Source of the DNA: Sulfurospirillum sp.
GTDB lineage: Bacteria; Campylobacterota; Campylobacteria; Campylobacterales; Sulfurospirillaceae
Direction: 5' to 3'
Assembly: GCA_045047115.1 (NCBI GenBank)
Contig: JASFYR010000014.1
Location: 1-64,000, forward strand
Length of the DNA: 64,000 bases
Part shown: one piece after another, positions 9,785 to 19,693 of the stretch
Layout of the letters: each line of letters starts with the position of its first letter
Numbering within the stretch: the stretch's first letter is position 1
Program-made: the position numbers and the translations under genes
Notes under the pieces: generated by a model
Told to the model about the DNA's origin: nothing
What the model saw: only the letters and a program-made list of their open reading frames with translations
Databases searched by the model: none

Positions 9785-12258
9785 TGAGCGATATAACGGT
9801 AACTATTGACGGGCAACAATGTAAGGCAAAAGAGGGTGAATACATACTGAATATAGCAAGAAGAAACGGTATCTTTATACCAGCAATTTGCTATCTTACA
9901 AATTGTTCCCCAACACTTGCCTGCAGGTTGTGTTTGGTTGAGATAGATGGCAAAAGAGCATACTCATGTAATGCCAAGGCAAAAGAGGGCATGAGCGTAA
10001 CTACTAAAACCGAAGAGATAGATGTTGAGAGAAAAGCCATCATGCAGGTTTATGATATGAATCATCCGCTAGAGTGTGGGGTTTGTGACCAAAGCGGTGA
10101 GTGTGAATTGCAAAATTATACCCTGGAGATGGGGGTTGACCACCAAGAGTTTGCTATGCAAGACACCAACAGACCATCTCATGATTGGGGATTTATACAT
10201 TATGATTCATCTTTGTGTATAGTTTGTGAAAGATGTGTCACAGTCTGTAAAGATATGATAGGTGAATCAGTTTTAAAAACTGTTCCAAGAGGCGGACCTC
10301 TTCTTCCAAAAGAGTGGAAAGAGGTTGCACCAAAAGATACATATGCCATGTGGAACAAACTCCAAAAGTCAGTCATAGGTATAGCAAGTGGAGCTAAGAC
10401 GCTAGAGTGCACAAACTGTGGTGAGTGTACAGCAGTTTGTCCTGTTGGTGCTTTGGTAGGAACTGATTTTCAATACACCTCAAATGCTTGGGAATTAACA
10501 AAAATACCGGCATCAAATCCTCATAGCAGTGACTGTTCACTCATATATTATGATGTAAAGCAGACGGACATCAAAAATCCAAAAGAGAAGATTTTTAGAG
10601 TCAGTAGCGACTATAACTATGCGCCACTTCATGGTGGTATAAGATATGGATACGATTTTGAAAATGAAGCAGAGGGCAGAGATGAAAAGGCTTTAAAGAA
10701 AGCTGTTAGATTCTTCAAAGAAGAGGCTGATAGTATAAAATTTGATAGTTTTATTACAAATGAAGAGGCATATATACTGCAAAAACTAAAAGAGAAGTTT
10801 GGATACAAACTTGTAAATGATGATGCATTTGCCTATAAGAGATTTTTAAAAAACTATAGTGAAGTGAGTGGAAAATCTCTATACAGTGCGGATATAAAAA
10901 CTATCCAGGAGAGTAATTTTGTGGTAAGTGTCGGCTCTTACTTTAAAAGTGATAATCCAAATGTCGGATATGCAATAAACAATGCGCTTACTATAAATAA
11001 AGGAGCGGGATTATATTTTCATCCGATAGTTGACCCTATAGTAGACGGATATTCTAAAAATATGCTTTGTATAAATCACAAAGTTGGCATTGAAGAGAGT
11101 ATTTTGTACCTGATTTTAGATCTTTTTGCTGACAAAGAGAGACTGCCACAGAGCATAGTTGGATATCTTGAGGGATTTCATAAAAAAGTTAAAAAAACCA
11201 TCACTGAAGTCATAAAAGAACAAGTAAAAGAGATGGTAAAAGATGAACAGAGCGGTGAAGAGAAAGAGGTTGTTAAAACTATAAGTAAAAATATCAAAAA
11301 AGAGATAGAAGTTGATGTCAACTCTCTATATGATATAGCTGGTTTACCTGATGATTTTGATGCAAAACTTACAAAAATGCTTGCAAAAAAAGATAAATTC
11401 TCTTTAGTTGCCGGTGAAGATATGTATAGGCACAAAAGAGCAGAAAACCTGGCTAAACTTTTAGGACTTATAGAGAGATTTACATCTTTTGATATCTTGA
11501 TAATCCCATCAAAAACAAATACTTTGGGAGTTTCACTTATTTGTGATTTAGATGAAAAAGCAGGCAAAAAAGTTGTCGGTTACAATGTAAAAGCAGACTT
11601 TAACCTTAGCTCTTTAGGAAAAGCTGATTTGAGTTTTCCTGCTTTAAATCAGCAAGAGGGAACATTTACATCTCTAAACAAAAGGGTGGTTCCTACAAAT
11701 ACAGCTCTTGAGTTTAACGGTTATTGCCTAAATGATTTGGCAAACGAGTTGGGATTAAGAGCAGATAATACGATAGATTATACACCCGAGCTTGGAAATA
11801 TAAAGGGTTACAAAAGCGAAGAGTTTGATAACTTATCAAATGAATTTTTAAATTCAGGTTATGAAAACAGAGGTTATTTGTTAGGTGTTGAGCAGAGTGA
11901 AGCAAAAGATGAAGTAGAAGAGATTGAAGAGATTGATTTTGGTGAAGAGAGTCTGGTTTATCTGGCAAATCCTGTTATGCAGTTTAGTGCTTTTACAAAT
12001 AAGGCACATCAATTAAATGAAGCAGGAGCACTCTATGCTTCGAGTGAGTTTATGGAGGCAAACAGCCTAAAAGACGGTGGCATGGTCACTATCAGTACAA
12101 AGGATGCAAAACTTGCAGTTGCTGTGAAGCTAGATCATCAGATAGGTGGTATGATTCCATATCTGCCTACTTTTGATACAAAGTTAGATGTGCTGCCATT
12201 TTTTGAAAATGGATATAGATATGCAAAAGTAGAGATAAAAGGTGTACAAAATGATTGA
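9784..12258 (+). CDS. nuoG: NADH-quinone oxidoreductase subunit G
   Basis: CY...CRLCLV 2Fe-2S motif, HPLECGVCDQSGEC, CIVCERC and CTNCGECTAVCP. Confidence 0.95.
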   Translation: MSDITVTIDGQQCKAKEGEYILNIARRNGIFIPAICYLTNCSPTLACRLCLVEIDGKRAYSCNAKAKEGMSVTTKTEEIDVERKAIMQVYDMNHPLECGVCDQSGECELQNYTLEMGVDHQEFAMQDTNRPSHDWGFIHYDSSLCIVCERCVTVCKDMIGESVLKTVPRGGPLLPKEWKEVAPKDTYAMWNKLQKSVIGIASGAKTLECTNCGECTAVCPVGALVGTDFQYTSNAWELTKIPASNPHSSDCSLIYYDVKQTDIKNPKEKIFRVSSDYNYAPLHGGIRYGYDFENEAEGRDEKALKKAVRFFKEEADSIKFDSFITNEEAYILQKLKEKFGYKLVNDDAFAYKRFLKNYSEVSGKSLYSADIKTIQESNFVVSVGSYFKSDNPNVGYAINNALTINKGAGLYFHPIVDPIVDGYSKNMLCINHKVGIEESILYLILDLFADKERLPQSIVGYLEGFHKKVKKTITEVIKEQVKEMVKDEQSGEEKEVVKTISKNIKKEIEVDVNSLYDIAGLPDDFDAKLTKMLAKKDKFSLVAGEDMYRHKRAENLAKLLGLIERFTSFDILIIPSKTNTLGVSLICDLDEKAGKKVVGYNVKADFNLSSLGKADLSFPALNQQEGTFTSLNKRVVPTNTALEFNGYCLNDLANELGLRADNTIDYTPELGNIKGYKSEEFDNLSNEFLNSGYENRGYLLGVEQSEAKDEVEEIEEIDFGEESLVYLANPVMQFSAFTNKAHQLNEAGALYASSEFMEANSLKDGGMVTISTKDAKLAVAVKLDHQIGGMIPYLPTFDTKLDVLPFFENGYRYAKVEIKGVQND

Positions 12259-13243
12259 AACAGCCTTGATAATTGAAACAGTGGTAAAAGCGGTTGTTGT
12301 CCTCTCGGTAGTAGCGGCAATGGCAGGGTTTGCGACATTTATAGAGAGAAAAGTACTTGCATTTATGCAAAGAAGATTGGGCCCTATGCATGTAGGTCCT
12401 TACGGTCTGCTACAACTGGCGGCCGACGGTATCAAACTCTTTACAAAAGAGGATATCATACCGCAAAATGCTTTGAAGCCTATATTTATCATAGCTCCTG
12501 TTATTGGGGCAGCATCGGCATTTGTAGCGGTTGCAGCAGTGCCTTATTTTCCTGAGTTTACTGTTTTTGGATATACGATTCATCCTATCATCTCTGATAT
12601 AAATGTTGGTTTGCTGTTTGTTATGGGTGCTGCATCAGTTGGGATGTACGGACCTCTTTTGGCGGGTCTTAGCAGTGCAAATAAATGGTCTCTTTTGGGA
12701 GGCGCAAGAGCAGTTATACAACTTCTTAGTTTTGAGGTTGTGAGTGGTCTGTCTATCTTGGCTCCGATTATGATGATGGGTACACTCTCCTTGATAGATA
12801 TGAATGACTATCAAATTGGAGGAGTGGCAAACTGGCTTATATGGAAACAGCCTTTGGCATTTGTGCTTTTTGCGATAGCAGGATTTGCTGAAACAAACAG
12901 AACACCATTTGATTTGGTTGAGTTTGAAGCGGAAATAGTCTCTGGGTATGCTACTGAGTATTCAGGCATGAGATGGGGACTCTTCTTTATCGGTGAGTAT
13001 GCAAATATGATAACCATATCGGTTATGGTGAGTATAATATTTTTAGGCGGTTACAATGATATGTGGTTTATCCCGGGTGCATTGGCTATGCTTTTAAAGG
13101 TGTCATTGTGGATATTCTTATTTTTGTGGGTAAGAGCAGCTTGGCCACATATCAGACCGGATCAGCTGATGTGGTTATGTTGGAAAGTGTTGATGCCACT
13201 TTCACTTATAAATGTGCTGATTACCGGCATAGTTTTGGTATAG
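12251..13243 (+). CDS. nuoH: NADH-quinone oxidoreductase subunit H
   Basis: ERKVLAFMQRRLGP, ADGIKLFTKE and AETNRTPFD. Confidence 0.97.
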   Translation: MIETALIIETVVKAVVVLSVVAAMAGFATFIERKVLAFMQRRLGPMHVGPYGLLQLAADGIKLFTKEDIIPQNALKPIFIIAPVIGAASAFVAVAAVPYFPEFTVFGYTIHPIISDINVGLLFVMGAASVGMYGPLLAGLSSANKWSLLGGARAVIQLLSFEVVSGLSILAPIMMMGTLSLIDMNDYQIGGVANWLIWKQPLAFVLFAIAGFAETNRTPFDLVEFEAEIVSGYATEYSGMRWGLFFIGEYANMITISVMVSIIFLGGYNDMWFIPGALAMLLKVSLWIFLFLWVRAAWPHIRPDQLMWLCWKVLMPLSLINVLITGIVLV

Positions 13244-13252
13244 GGGGCTGAT

Positions 13253-13867
13253 ATGGAATTAAGAGGTTTTAAAAACAGAAATGCAACTCCCGGATATATA
13301 TATTTTGAGGGTGATCCGGAAGTCCAAAATAATTGGGAGAGATTTAAAAAATTTGCAACTCGAGCTGTAAAAGGTGAGCTTTTTGTTGGTCTTTGGATAG
13401 TTTTACGAGAGATGATGAAGTTTAATATTCATACTGTCCAATATCCACTACAAAAGCTTCAAATGAGCCCTAGATACAGGGCTATACATAAGCTTTTAAG
13501 ACTATTTGAAAGCGGGCATGAGAGATGCATTGGTTGTGGGCTTTGCGAGAAGATATGTATAGCAAATTGTATAAAGATAGATACGAGAGTAGATGAGAAG
13601 AGTAGAAAACAAGTAACAGAATATAGTATAAACTTTGGAAGATGTATTTTTTGTGGATATTGTGCTGAGGTTTGTCCTGAACTCGCCATCGTCCATGGTG
13701 ATGATTATGAGCATGCGAGCGAACAAAGAGCTCATTTTGGGCTTAGGGAGGACATGCTAACTCCGATAGACGAGTTTAAAGCAAAGAGGCAAAAAGAGTT
13801 TCCGGGTTTTGGTGCATTAAGTAGAGATGCTGATAAGTTTGTCAAAAAAACACCACTAGCGTATTGA
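13253..13867 (+). CDS. nuoI: NADH-quinone oxidoreductase subunit I
   Basis: Two 4Fe-4S motifs, CIGCGLCEKIC and CIFCGYCAEVCP. Confidence 0.96.
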   Translation: MELRGFKNRNATPGYIYFEGDPEVQNNWERFKKFATRAVKGELFVGLWIVLREMMKFNIHTVQYPLQKLQMSPRYRAIHKLLRLFESGHERCIGCGLCEKICIANCIKIDTRVDEKSRKQVTEYSINFGRCIFCGYCAEVCPELAIVHGDDYEHASEQRAHFGLREDMLTPIDEFKAKRQKEFPGFGALSRDADKFVKKTPLAY

Positions 13868-13874
13868 GGTAGAT

Positions 13875-14417
13875 ATGTTTGAAGTAATTGCATTTTATAC
13901 ATTTTCAATTTTAGTAATTGGGATGTTTGGTATCGTGGTATTTAGTAAAAATGCACTCTATGCAATGAGTGCATTGGCAGGGGGTATGATATTTATATCA
14001 GGCTTCTTCTTTTTGCTGGGTGCTGATTTTTTAGGAGTTGTGCAAATTGTTGTATATACGGGCGCAGTGATGGCACTATATGCCTTTGGTATGATGTTTT
14101 TTGATTCAACGAGAGATGTAAAAGAGAATATTAAATTTAAAAAGATTATATATACTCTATCAATTTTATCAGCAATTTTTGTGATATTTATCCTGATGGC
14201 TCCAATATACTCAGTAAGAGTTGAAGCTTTATATCCAACTATAGAAGGCATTGGAAATGTGCAGATGATAGGATTGGTTTTATTTACAAAATATTTGGTA
14301 CCATTTGAAGTTGCGGCAATCATGTTGTTAGCAGCAATGATATCGGGAATTGTTTTAGTAAAGGTAAAAATGGAAGAGACACCAACAAACATAGAAGTAG
14401 CAAGGGGTGAAAAATGA
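13875..14417 (+). CDS. nuoJ: NADH-quinone oxidoreductase subunit J
   Basis: QIVVYTGAVM and YLVPFE motifs; hydrophobic. Confidence 0.95.
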   Translation: MFEVIAFYTFSILVIGMFGIVVFSKNALYAMSALAGGMIFISGFFFLLGADFLGVVQIVVYTGAVMALYAFGMMFFDSTRDVKENIKFKKIIYTLSILSAIFVIFILMAPIYSVRVEALYPTIEGIGNVQMIGLVLFTKYLVPFEVAAIMLLAAMISGIVLVKVKMEETPTNIEVARGEK

Positions 14418-14716
14418 TAACACTGACACACTATTTAACTCTTAGCGGTATCTTGTTTTCACTAGGTATCGTAGGAGTTTTGAGGAGAAAAAATCTTTTG
14501 ATGCTCTTCTTTTCTACGGAGATTTTATTGAATGCTGTCAACATTGGTTTTGCAGCAGTTTCAAAATATTATGGCGATTTGAGTGGGCAGATTTTTTCAT
14601 TTTTTATTATAGCTATAGCAGCCAGTGAAGTTGCAGTCGGCTTGGGTCTCTTGGTTCTTTGGTATAAAAGAAGTGGCACAATTGATCTCGACAGTTTACA
14701 GATGATGAAGGGTTGA
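14414..14716 (+). CDS. nuoK: NADH-quinone oxidoreductase subunit K
   Basis: EILLNAVN and AASEVAVGL. Confidence 0.95.
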   Translation: MITLTHYLTLSGILFSLGIVGVLRRKNLLMLFFSTEILLNAVNIGFAAVSKYYGDLSGQIFSFFIIAIAASEVAVGLGLLVLWYKRSGTIDLDSLQMMKG

Positions 14717-16575
14717 TGATGGAAAAGTACTTATACGTAGCACTATTTGCACCTATCGTCGGCTCACTGTTTAGTCTGCTTTTTACCGCCAGGAAGAAAA
14801 ATGTTATAACAGCACTTGTTACATCAGGATTGCTTCTGTTTTCATTTGTATCTTCTTTGACGCTTATGTTTGCAGTACATGATGGTTTAACTCTACATGT
14901 AAAACTTATGGATTGGATAAGTGCGGGTAACTTAAATCTTCCATTTGGTTTTGTTGTAGATAATGTATCTGTTATCATGATGGTGACAGTTACGCTTGTT
15001 TCAACAGTTGTAAATATATATTCTATGGGCTATATGATGCATGACAAAGGATATAACAGATTTTTTACCTACATCTCAGCATTTGTTTTTTCTATGTTGA
15101 TATTGGTTATGAGTGATAATTTTGTAGGACTATTTATCGGTTGGGAAGGTGTTGGATTGTGTTCATACTTATTGATCGGTTTTTGGTATGAAAAAGAGAG
15201 TGCATCGTGGGCAGGAAACGAAGCGTTTATCATGAATAGAGTTGCAGATCTTGGCATGCTTATGGGATTATTTTTGATATACTGGCAGTTTGGAACATTT
15301 AGCTATGAAGAGGTATTTGCTCAAGTAGGCAGCGTTAATGTAGGTATAGTTACAACTATCGGACTTCTTCTGTTTATCGGTGCTATGGGTAAATCAGCCC
15401 AATTTCCATTTCATACTTGGTTGGCAGATGCGATGGAGGGTCCAACTCCTGTTTCGGCTTTGATTCATGCAGCTACCATGGTAACAGCCGGCGTATATCT
15501 TGTGATTAGAGCAAGTGATCTCTTTGTGCTTATACCAGAAGTCGGACATATTATAGCTACTCTAGGAGCTTTTGTGGCGGTATTTGCTGCTTCTATGGCA
15601 TTGGTAAATCGAGATCTAAAGAGAATTATCGCCTACTCGACACTTTCACAGCTAGGTTACATGTTTGTGGCAGCTGGTTTGGGAGCTTATTGGATAGCGC
15701 TTTTTCACTTGATGACACACGCATTTTTCAAATCACTCCTCTTTTTGGGAGCTGGAAATGTCATGCACGCTATGGATGATGAGCTTGACATTAAGAAGAT
15801 GGGTGGACTCTTTGGAGCAATGCCGTATACTGCAATTTTGATGGCAGTTGGCTCAGTTGCTCTTTGTGGCTTATTTCCTTTTGCGGGATTTTTTAGTAAA
15901 GATATGATTTTGGCTGCCGCTTTTAATGAAGGCAATTTCTATATATGGTTTACACTGTTTATTGGAGCTGGTATGACAGCTTTTTATAGTTTCAGATTGA
16001 TAATGTTGGTGTTTTTTGGAGATAAAGTCTATAAAAAATTGGGATTTCATCCACACGAGACTTATCCGTTCGTACTATGGGCACTCCTGCCTCTTGGAAT
16101 ACTGGCGACAGTAGCAGGATTTTTTGAGCATTCGTTTGAAGAGTTTGTTACAAAAGTTTTAGATAAATACGAAATTACAATGGCTCATTCAACTGAGCTT
16201 GGTTTGATATATTTAACTTCCGCTTTTGTTATTTTGGTTATCGTAGCAACGATATATAAATATTCGAAAGGGGGCTTTAGCAAACAGCTTGAGACTATGC
16301 CTCTGTTTTTATTGTTAAAAAATCAATATTACATACCAAAGCTCTATGAGGTGGCTATCTTCAAGCCATACTATGCACTCTCAAAGTTTGCATGGAAACA
16401 GATAGATGTGAAAATTATAGACTTCAGTGTTGACCTGATAGCAAAAGTGTTGTACAAAAGCGGTCAAGAGAGTAGAAAAATGCAAAGCGGAAATCTTTCC
16501 GATATGCTAAGATGGATGATAGTAGGTACAGTTGTGCTGCTAGCATTGGCAATCTTTTATAGACCGATGATGTAG
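14716..16575 (+). CDS. nuoL: NADH-quinone oxidoreductase subunit L
   Basis: GWEGVGLCSYLLIGFW and KSAQFPFHTWLADAMEGPTPVSALIHAATMV. Confidence 0.97.
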   Translation: MMEKYLYVALFAPIVGSLFSLLFTARKKNVITALVTSGLLLFSFVSSLTLMFAVHDGLTLHVKLMDWISAGNLNLPFGFVVDNVSVIMMVTVTLVSTVVNIYSMGYMMHDKGYNRFFTYISAFVFSMLILVMSDNFVGLFIGWEGVGLCSYLLIGFWYEKESASWAGNEAFIMNRVADLGMLMGLFLIYWQFGTFSYEEVFAQVGSVNVGIVTTIGLLLFIGAMGKSAQFPFHTWLADAMEGPTPVSALIHAATMVTAGVYLVIRASDLFVLIPEVGHIIATLGAFVAVFAASMALVNRDLKRIIAYSTLSQLGYMFVAAGLGAYWIALFHLMTHAFFKSLLFLGAGNVMHAMDDELDIKKMGGLFGAMPYTAILMAVGSVALCGLFPFAGFFSKDMILAAAFNEGNFYIWFTLFIGAGMTAFYSFRLIMLVFFGDKVYKKLGFHPHETYPFVLWALLPLGILATVAGFFEHSFEEFVTKVLDKYEITMAHSTELGLIYLTSAFVILVIVATIYKYSKGGFSKQLETMPLFLLLKNQYYIPKLYEVAIFKPYYALSKFAWKQIDVKIIDFSVDLIAKVLYKSGQESRKMQSGNLSDMLRWMIVGTVVLLALAIFYRPMM

Positions 16576-16581
16576 GAGTAG

Positions 16582-18111
16582 ATGATGGAACATATATTAT
16601 CATTAATCGTATTTTTTCCACTTGTTGCCGTTTTTCTCGGTTTTGTTATCAGTAAAGAGAGTGTAAAAACTTTTGGTATAACTGTAGCCTTGGTAGAATT
16701 TTTGCTCTCCATAGTTTTATGGATAGGCTTTGATAATAGCAATGCAGGGTTTCAGTTTGTAGAGTATTTTCCTCTTATTTCGCAATTTGGAGTAAGTTAC
16801 TATCTTGGAGTGGATGGAATCTCTCTGTTTTTAGTGATACTCAGTACATTTATGACTCTTATATCTTTGATAGGTCTAAATATAAAAAAAGATATAAAAA
16901 ATCTTGTGCTTACAATACTCTTTTTGGAGATGACACTTGTTGGAGTCTTTTTGAGCCTGGATATGATTCTTTTTTATATTTTTTGGGAGCTCTCTTTGAT
17001 ACCGATGCTTTATATTATCGGTGCTTGGGGTAGCGGACAGAGAATCTACGCAGCTATAAAGTTTTTCTTATATACATTTGCAGGTTCTGCTCTTATGTTG
17101 GTTGGTATATTGTATCTGGGATATCAATACTATATAGCAACAGGAACTTGGAGTTTTTCTGTTCCTGATTGGTATCTTTTGGTTCTTCCTTTTGATATGC
17201 AGCTTTGGTTGTTTGGTGCATTTTTCTTAGCTTTTGCGGTAAAAGTACCAATGTTTCCATTTCATACATGGTTGCCTTATGCTCACGGGCAAGCCCCAAC
17301 AATAGGATCTGTTTTATTAGCAGCAGTTATGCTTAAAATGGGAACTTATGCTTTTGTAAGATTTTCACTTCCTCTCTTTCCTGATGCTTCTGTTTACTTC
17401 TTGTATCCAGTAGCTATAATTGCTATTATTATGGTTATATATGCAGCTATGGTGGCGTATGCACAAGAGGATATGAAACAGGTGATTGCTTATAGTTCTA
17501 TCTCGCATATGGGTATCATAATCATCGGTATTTTTGCTATGAATGCAGAGGGGATTACAGGAGCTATATTTTTGATGTTATCACATGGTATAGTCAGTGG
17601 TGCTTTGTTTATGTTGGTTGGTGTCATATATGATAGACGACATACTAAAATGATAAGCGAATTTGGGGGGATAGCGACTGTCATGCCTCGCTATGCTGCT
17701 ATATTTGGTGTGATGATGATGGCAGCGGTCGGTTTACCTTTGACTATCGGTTTTGTAGGTGAATTTTTATCACTGTTAGGATTTTATAAAGTAAATTGGT
17801 TTATGACACTTTTAGCCGGAACAGGAATCATCTTGGGCGCAGTTTATATGTTGGTCCTTTTCAAAAGATCTTTTTTCGGTAAGCTTGTCAAACCGGAAAA
17901 CAAAGAGTTAAAAGATTTGGATAAGAGAGAGTTTGCGGCACTTATACCTTTGGTTGCTTTAGTTGTGATTTTAGGTGTATATCCTAAGCCGATTTTGACC
18001 ACAATCGATATGAGTGTGAAGAAGATGATAGTTTTGATGGAGAAAAAGGCACTGCTGCCTGATACCAAAGAGCTGCTCTTAAGAGTAAATAGTGTAGGAG
18101 GTACAAAATAA
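16582..18111 (+). CDS. nuoM: NADH-quinone oxidoreductase subunit M
   Basis: FWELSLIPM, KVPMFPFHTWLPYAH and YSSISHMG. Confidence 0.97.
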   Translation: MMEHILSLIVFFPLVAVFLGFVISKESVKTFGITVALVEFLLSIVLWIGFDNSNAGFQFVEYFPLISQFGVSYYLGVDGISLFLVILSTFMTLISLIGLNIKKDIKNLVLTILFLEMTLVGVFLSLDMILFYIFWELSLIPMLYIIGAWGSGQRIYAAIKFFLYTFAGSALMLVGILYLGYQYYIATGTWSFSVPDWYLLVLPFDMQLWLFGAFFLAFAVKVPMFPFHTWLPYAHGQAPTIGSVLLAAVMLKMGTYAFVRFSLPLFPDASVYFLYPVAIIAIIMVIYAAMVAYAQEDMKQVIAYSSISHMGIIIIGIFAMNAEGITGAIFLMLSHGIVSGALFMLVGVIYDRRHTKMISEFGGIATVMPRYAAIFGVMMMAAVGLPLTIGFVGEFLSLLGFYKVNWFMTLLAGTGIILGAVYMLVLFKRSFFGKLVKPENKELKDLDKREFAALIPLVALVVILGVYPKPILTTIDMSVKKMIVLMEKKALLPDTKELLLRVNSVGGTK

Positions 18112-19598
18112 TGTTAAGTCCTATCTCGGTTAGTTTTGCAAGTTTAAATGTGGCACTTTTATCCCCTATGGCTATCTTGACTTTTGGAGCTCTTGCGATA
18201 ATCTGTATAGACCTTTTTACTAAAAATTTAAATAAGAGTTTTTATGTGATGTTGACTCTGCTTTTTATACTTTTGGATTTTACCGCTCTTATAGGTCTAA
18301 GCGGACCAAGTAGAGGTTTTTTTGATGTGATGTTGGTCGATGGCGTATCTGTACTTGCGCAAGGCATTATACTCATAAGTTCAGCTCTGTTTATCATCAC
18401 AGCATTGAGCAATAAACCTTTTAAAGAGTTCAAAAAAGCAGAATACTATGCACTGTTTTTATTTATGATAGTTGGTTTTCAGTTTATGGTAGCAACTGAT
18501 AATCTTATACTTATATTTTTAGGACTTGAAACAGCAAGTCTGTCCTTATATACTTTAATAGCACTGCACAATAGAAACAAGGCATTTGAAGCAGCTATAA
18601 AGTACTTTACCATGGGTGCGTTGGCAGCCGGATTTTTTGCATTGTCGTCTTTGGTTTTTTATGCACTGACCGGAAGTGTTGAGCTTTCTGTTATAGAGAA
18701 AGTTTTAAATGCCAGATCTTATGCACCGGGCGCGGCTATACTTGCAGGTGTAGTATTTATGCTGATAGCACTTGGATTTAAACTCTCTATTGTTCCTACT
18801 CATACTTGGACGCCTGATGTTTATGAAGGTAGTTCAGCTCCTCTTGCAGGTTATATGTCAGTAGTACCTAAAATCGCAGGTCTTGTTGTGGCTATAAGAT
18901 TTTTGGATATATTTTTACATGCACAGATATTATGGGTAGAGGATGTATTGATATTTCTAGCAGTTATCACAATGTTCTTGGCAAATATAACAGCTCTTGT
19001 TCAAGAAGATGTTAAGAGAATGCTTGCATTTAGCTCCATTGCTCATGCGGGTTTTGTTTTAACAGCACTTATGATAGGAAGTACACAGGCAAACTCAGCG
19101 ATTTTTCTATATTGGATACTCTTTATGTTTACAAATATAGGTGCATTCACTATGCTTTGGATTGCCAGACACAAAAAAAATCTTTGGGATAGCAGATATC
19201 AGCATCCATTTACAAAATTTTCCGGCATGGTTAAAGTATCACCTATGATGGCTACCATTATGGGAATATTTATGTTCACACTAGCGGGAATGCCGCCATT
19301 TTCAGTCTTTTGGGGTAAGTTGTATCTTATTGGTACAGTTGTGAATAGCGGACATGTTATTTTGGCAGTTATTATGGTGATAAACAGTGCAATTGCAGTT
19401 TATTACTATATGAAACTTATAGTCTATATGTTCTTAAAAGATCCGGTTACAGAAGATGGCAATGTCTATATAGCAAACTCATCTACACCAATCAAGGTTA
19501 TAGTCGGCATCGCTTTGGCTTTTACTGTTGTGGCATCAATATTTGTAGAGCAGATACTCGGAATTGTAACACAATTAATGCAATCTAGCGGATTATAA
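18111..19598 (+). CDS. nuoN: NADH-quinone oxidoreductase subunit N
   Basis: EAAIKYF, HTWTPDVYEGS and KRMLAFSSIAHAG. Confidence 0.97.
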   Translation: MLSPISVSFASLNVALLSPMAILTFGALAIICIDLFTKNLNKSFYVMLTLLFILLDFTALIGLSGPSRGFFDVMLVDGVSVLAQGIILISSALFIITALSNKPFKEFKKAEYYALFLFMIVGFQFMVATDNLILIFLGLETASLSLYTLIALHNRNKAFEAAIKYFTMGALAAGFFALSSLVFYALTGSVELSVIEKVLNARSYAPGAAILAGVVFMLIALGFKLSIVPTHTWTPDVYEGSSAPLAGYMSVVPKIAGLVVAIRFLDIFLHAQILWVEDVLIFLAVITMFLANITALVQEDVKRMLAFSSIAHAGFVLTALMIGSTQANSAIFLYWILFMFTNIGAFTMLWIARHKKNLWDSRYQHPFTKFSGMVKVSPMMATIMGIFMFTLAGMPPFSVFWGKLYLIGTVVNSGHVILAVIMVINSAIAVYYYMKLIVYMFLKDPVTEDGNVYIANSSTPIKVIVGIALAFTVVASIFVEQILGIVTQLMQSSGL

Positions 19599-19602
19599 TG
19601 TC

Positions 19603-19625
19603 TTTGGAGCCAAGTTGGCTCCAAA
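19603..19625 (+). terminator. Hairpin directly after nuoN (possible terminator or stabilising stem)
   Basis: TTTGGAGCCAA-G-TTGGCTCCAAA perfect inverted repeat; no clear U-tract. Confidence 0.45.
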
Positions 19626-19678
19626 ACAGATAAATATAGTGTTTCACTTTTACAACAGCAAATAGATAGATTCTAATA

Positions 19679-19687
19679 TGCTATAAT
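19679..19687 (+). promoter_or_regulatory. Extended -10 promoter (TGCTATAAT) for pflA
   Basis: Consensus TGnTATAAT 6 nt upstream of ATG 19694. Confidence 0.6.
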
Positions 19688-19693
19688 AACAAC

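Noticed and set aside
11170..11320. Lys/Glu-rich insertion in NuoG as an intein or mobile insert
   Set aside because: Low-complexity charged loop with no intein or endonuclease motifs
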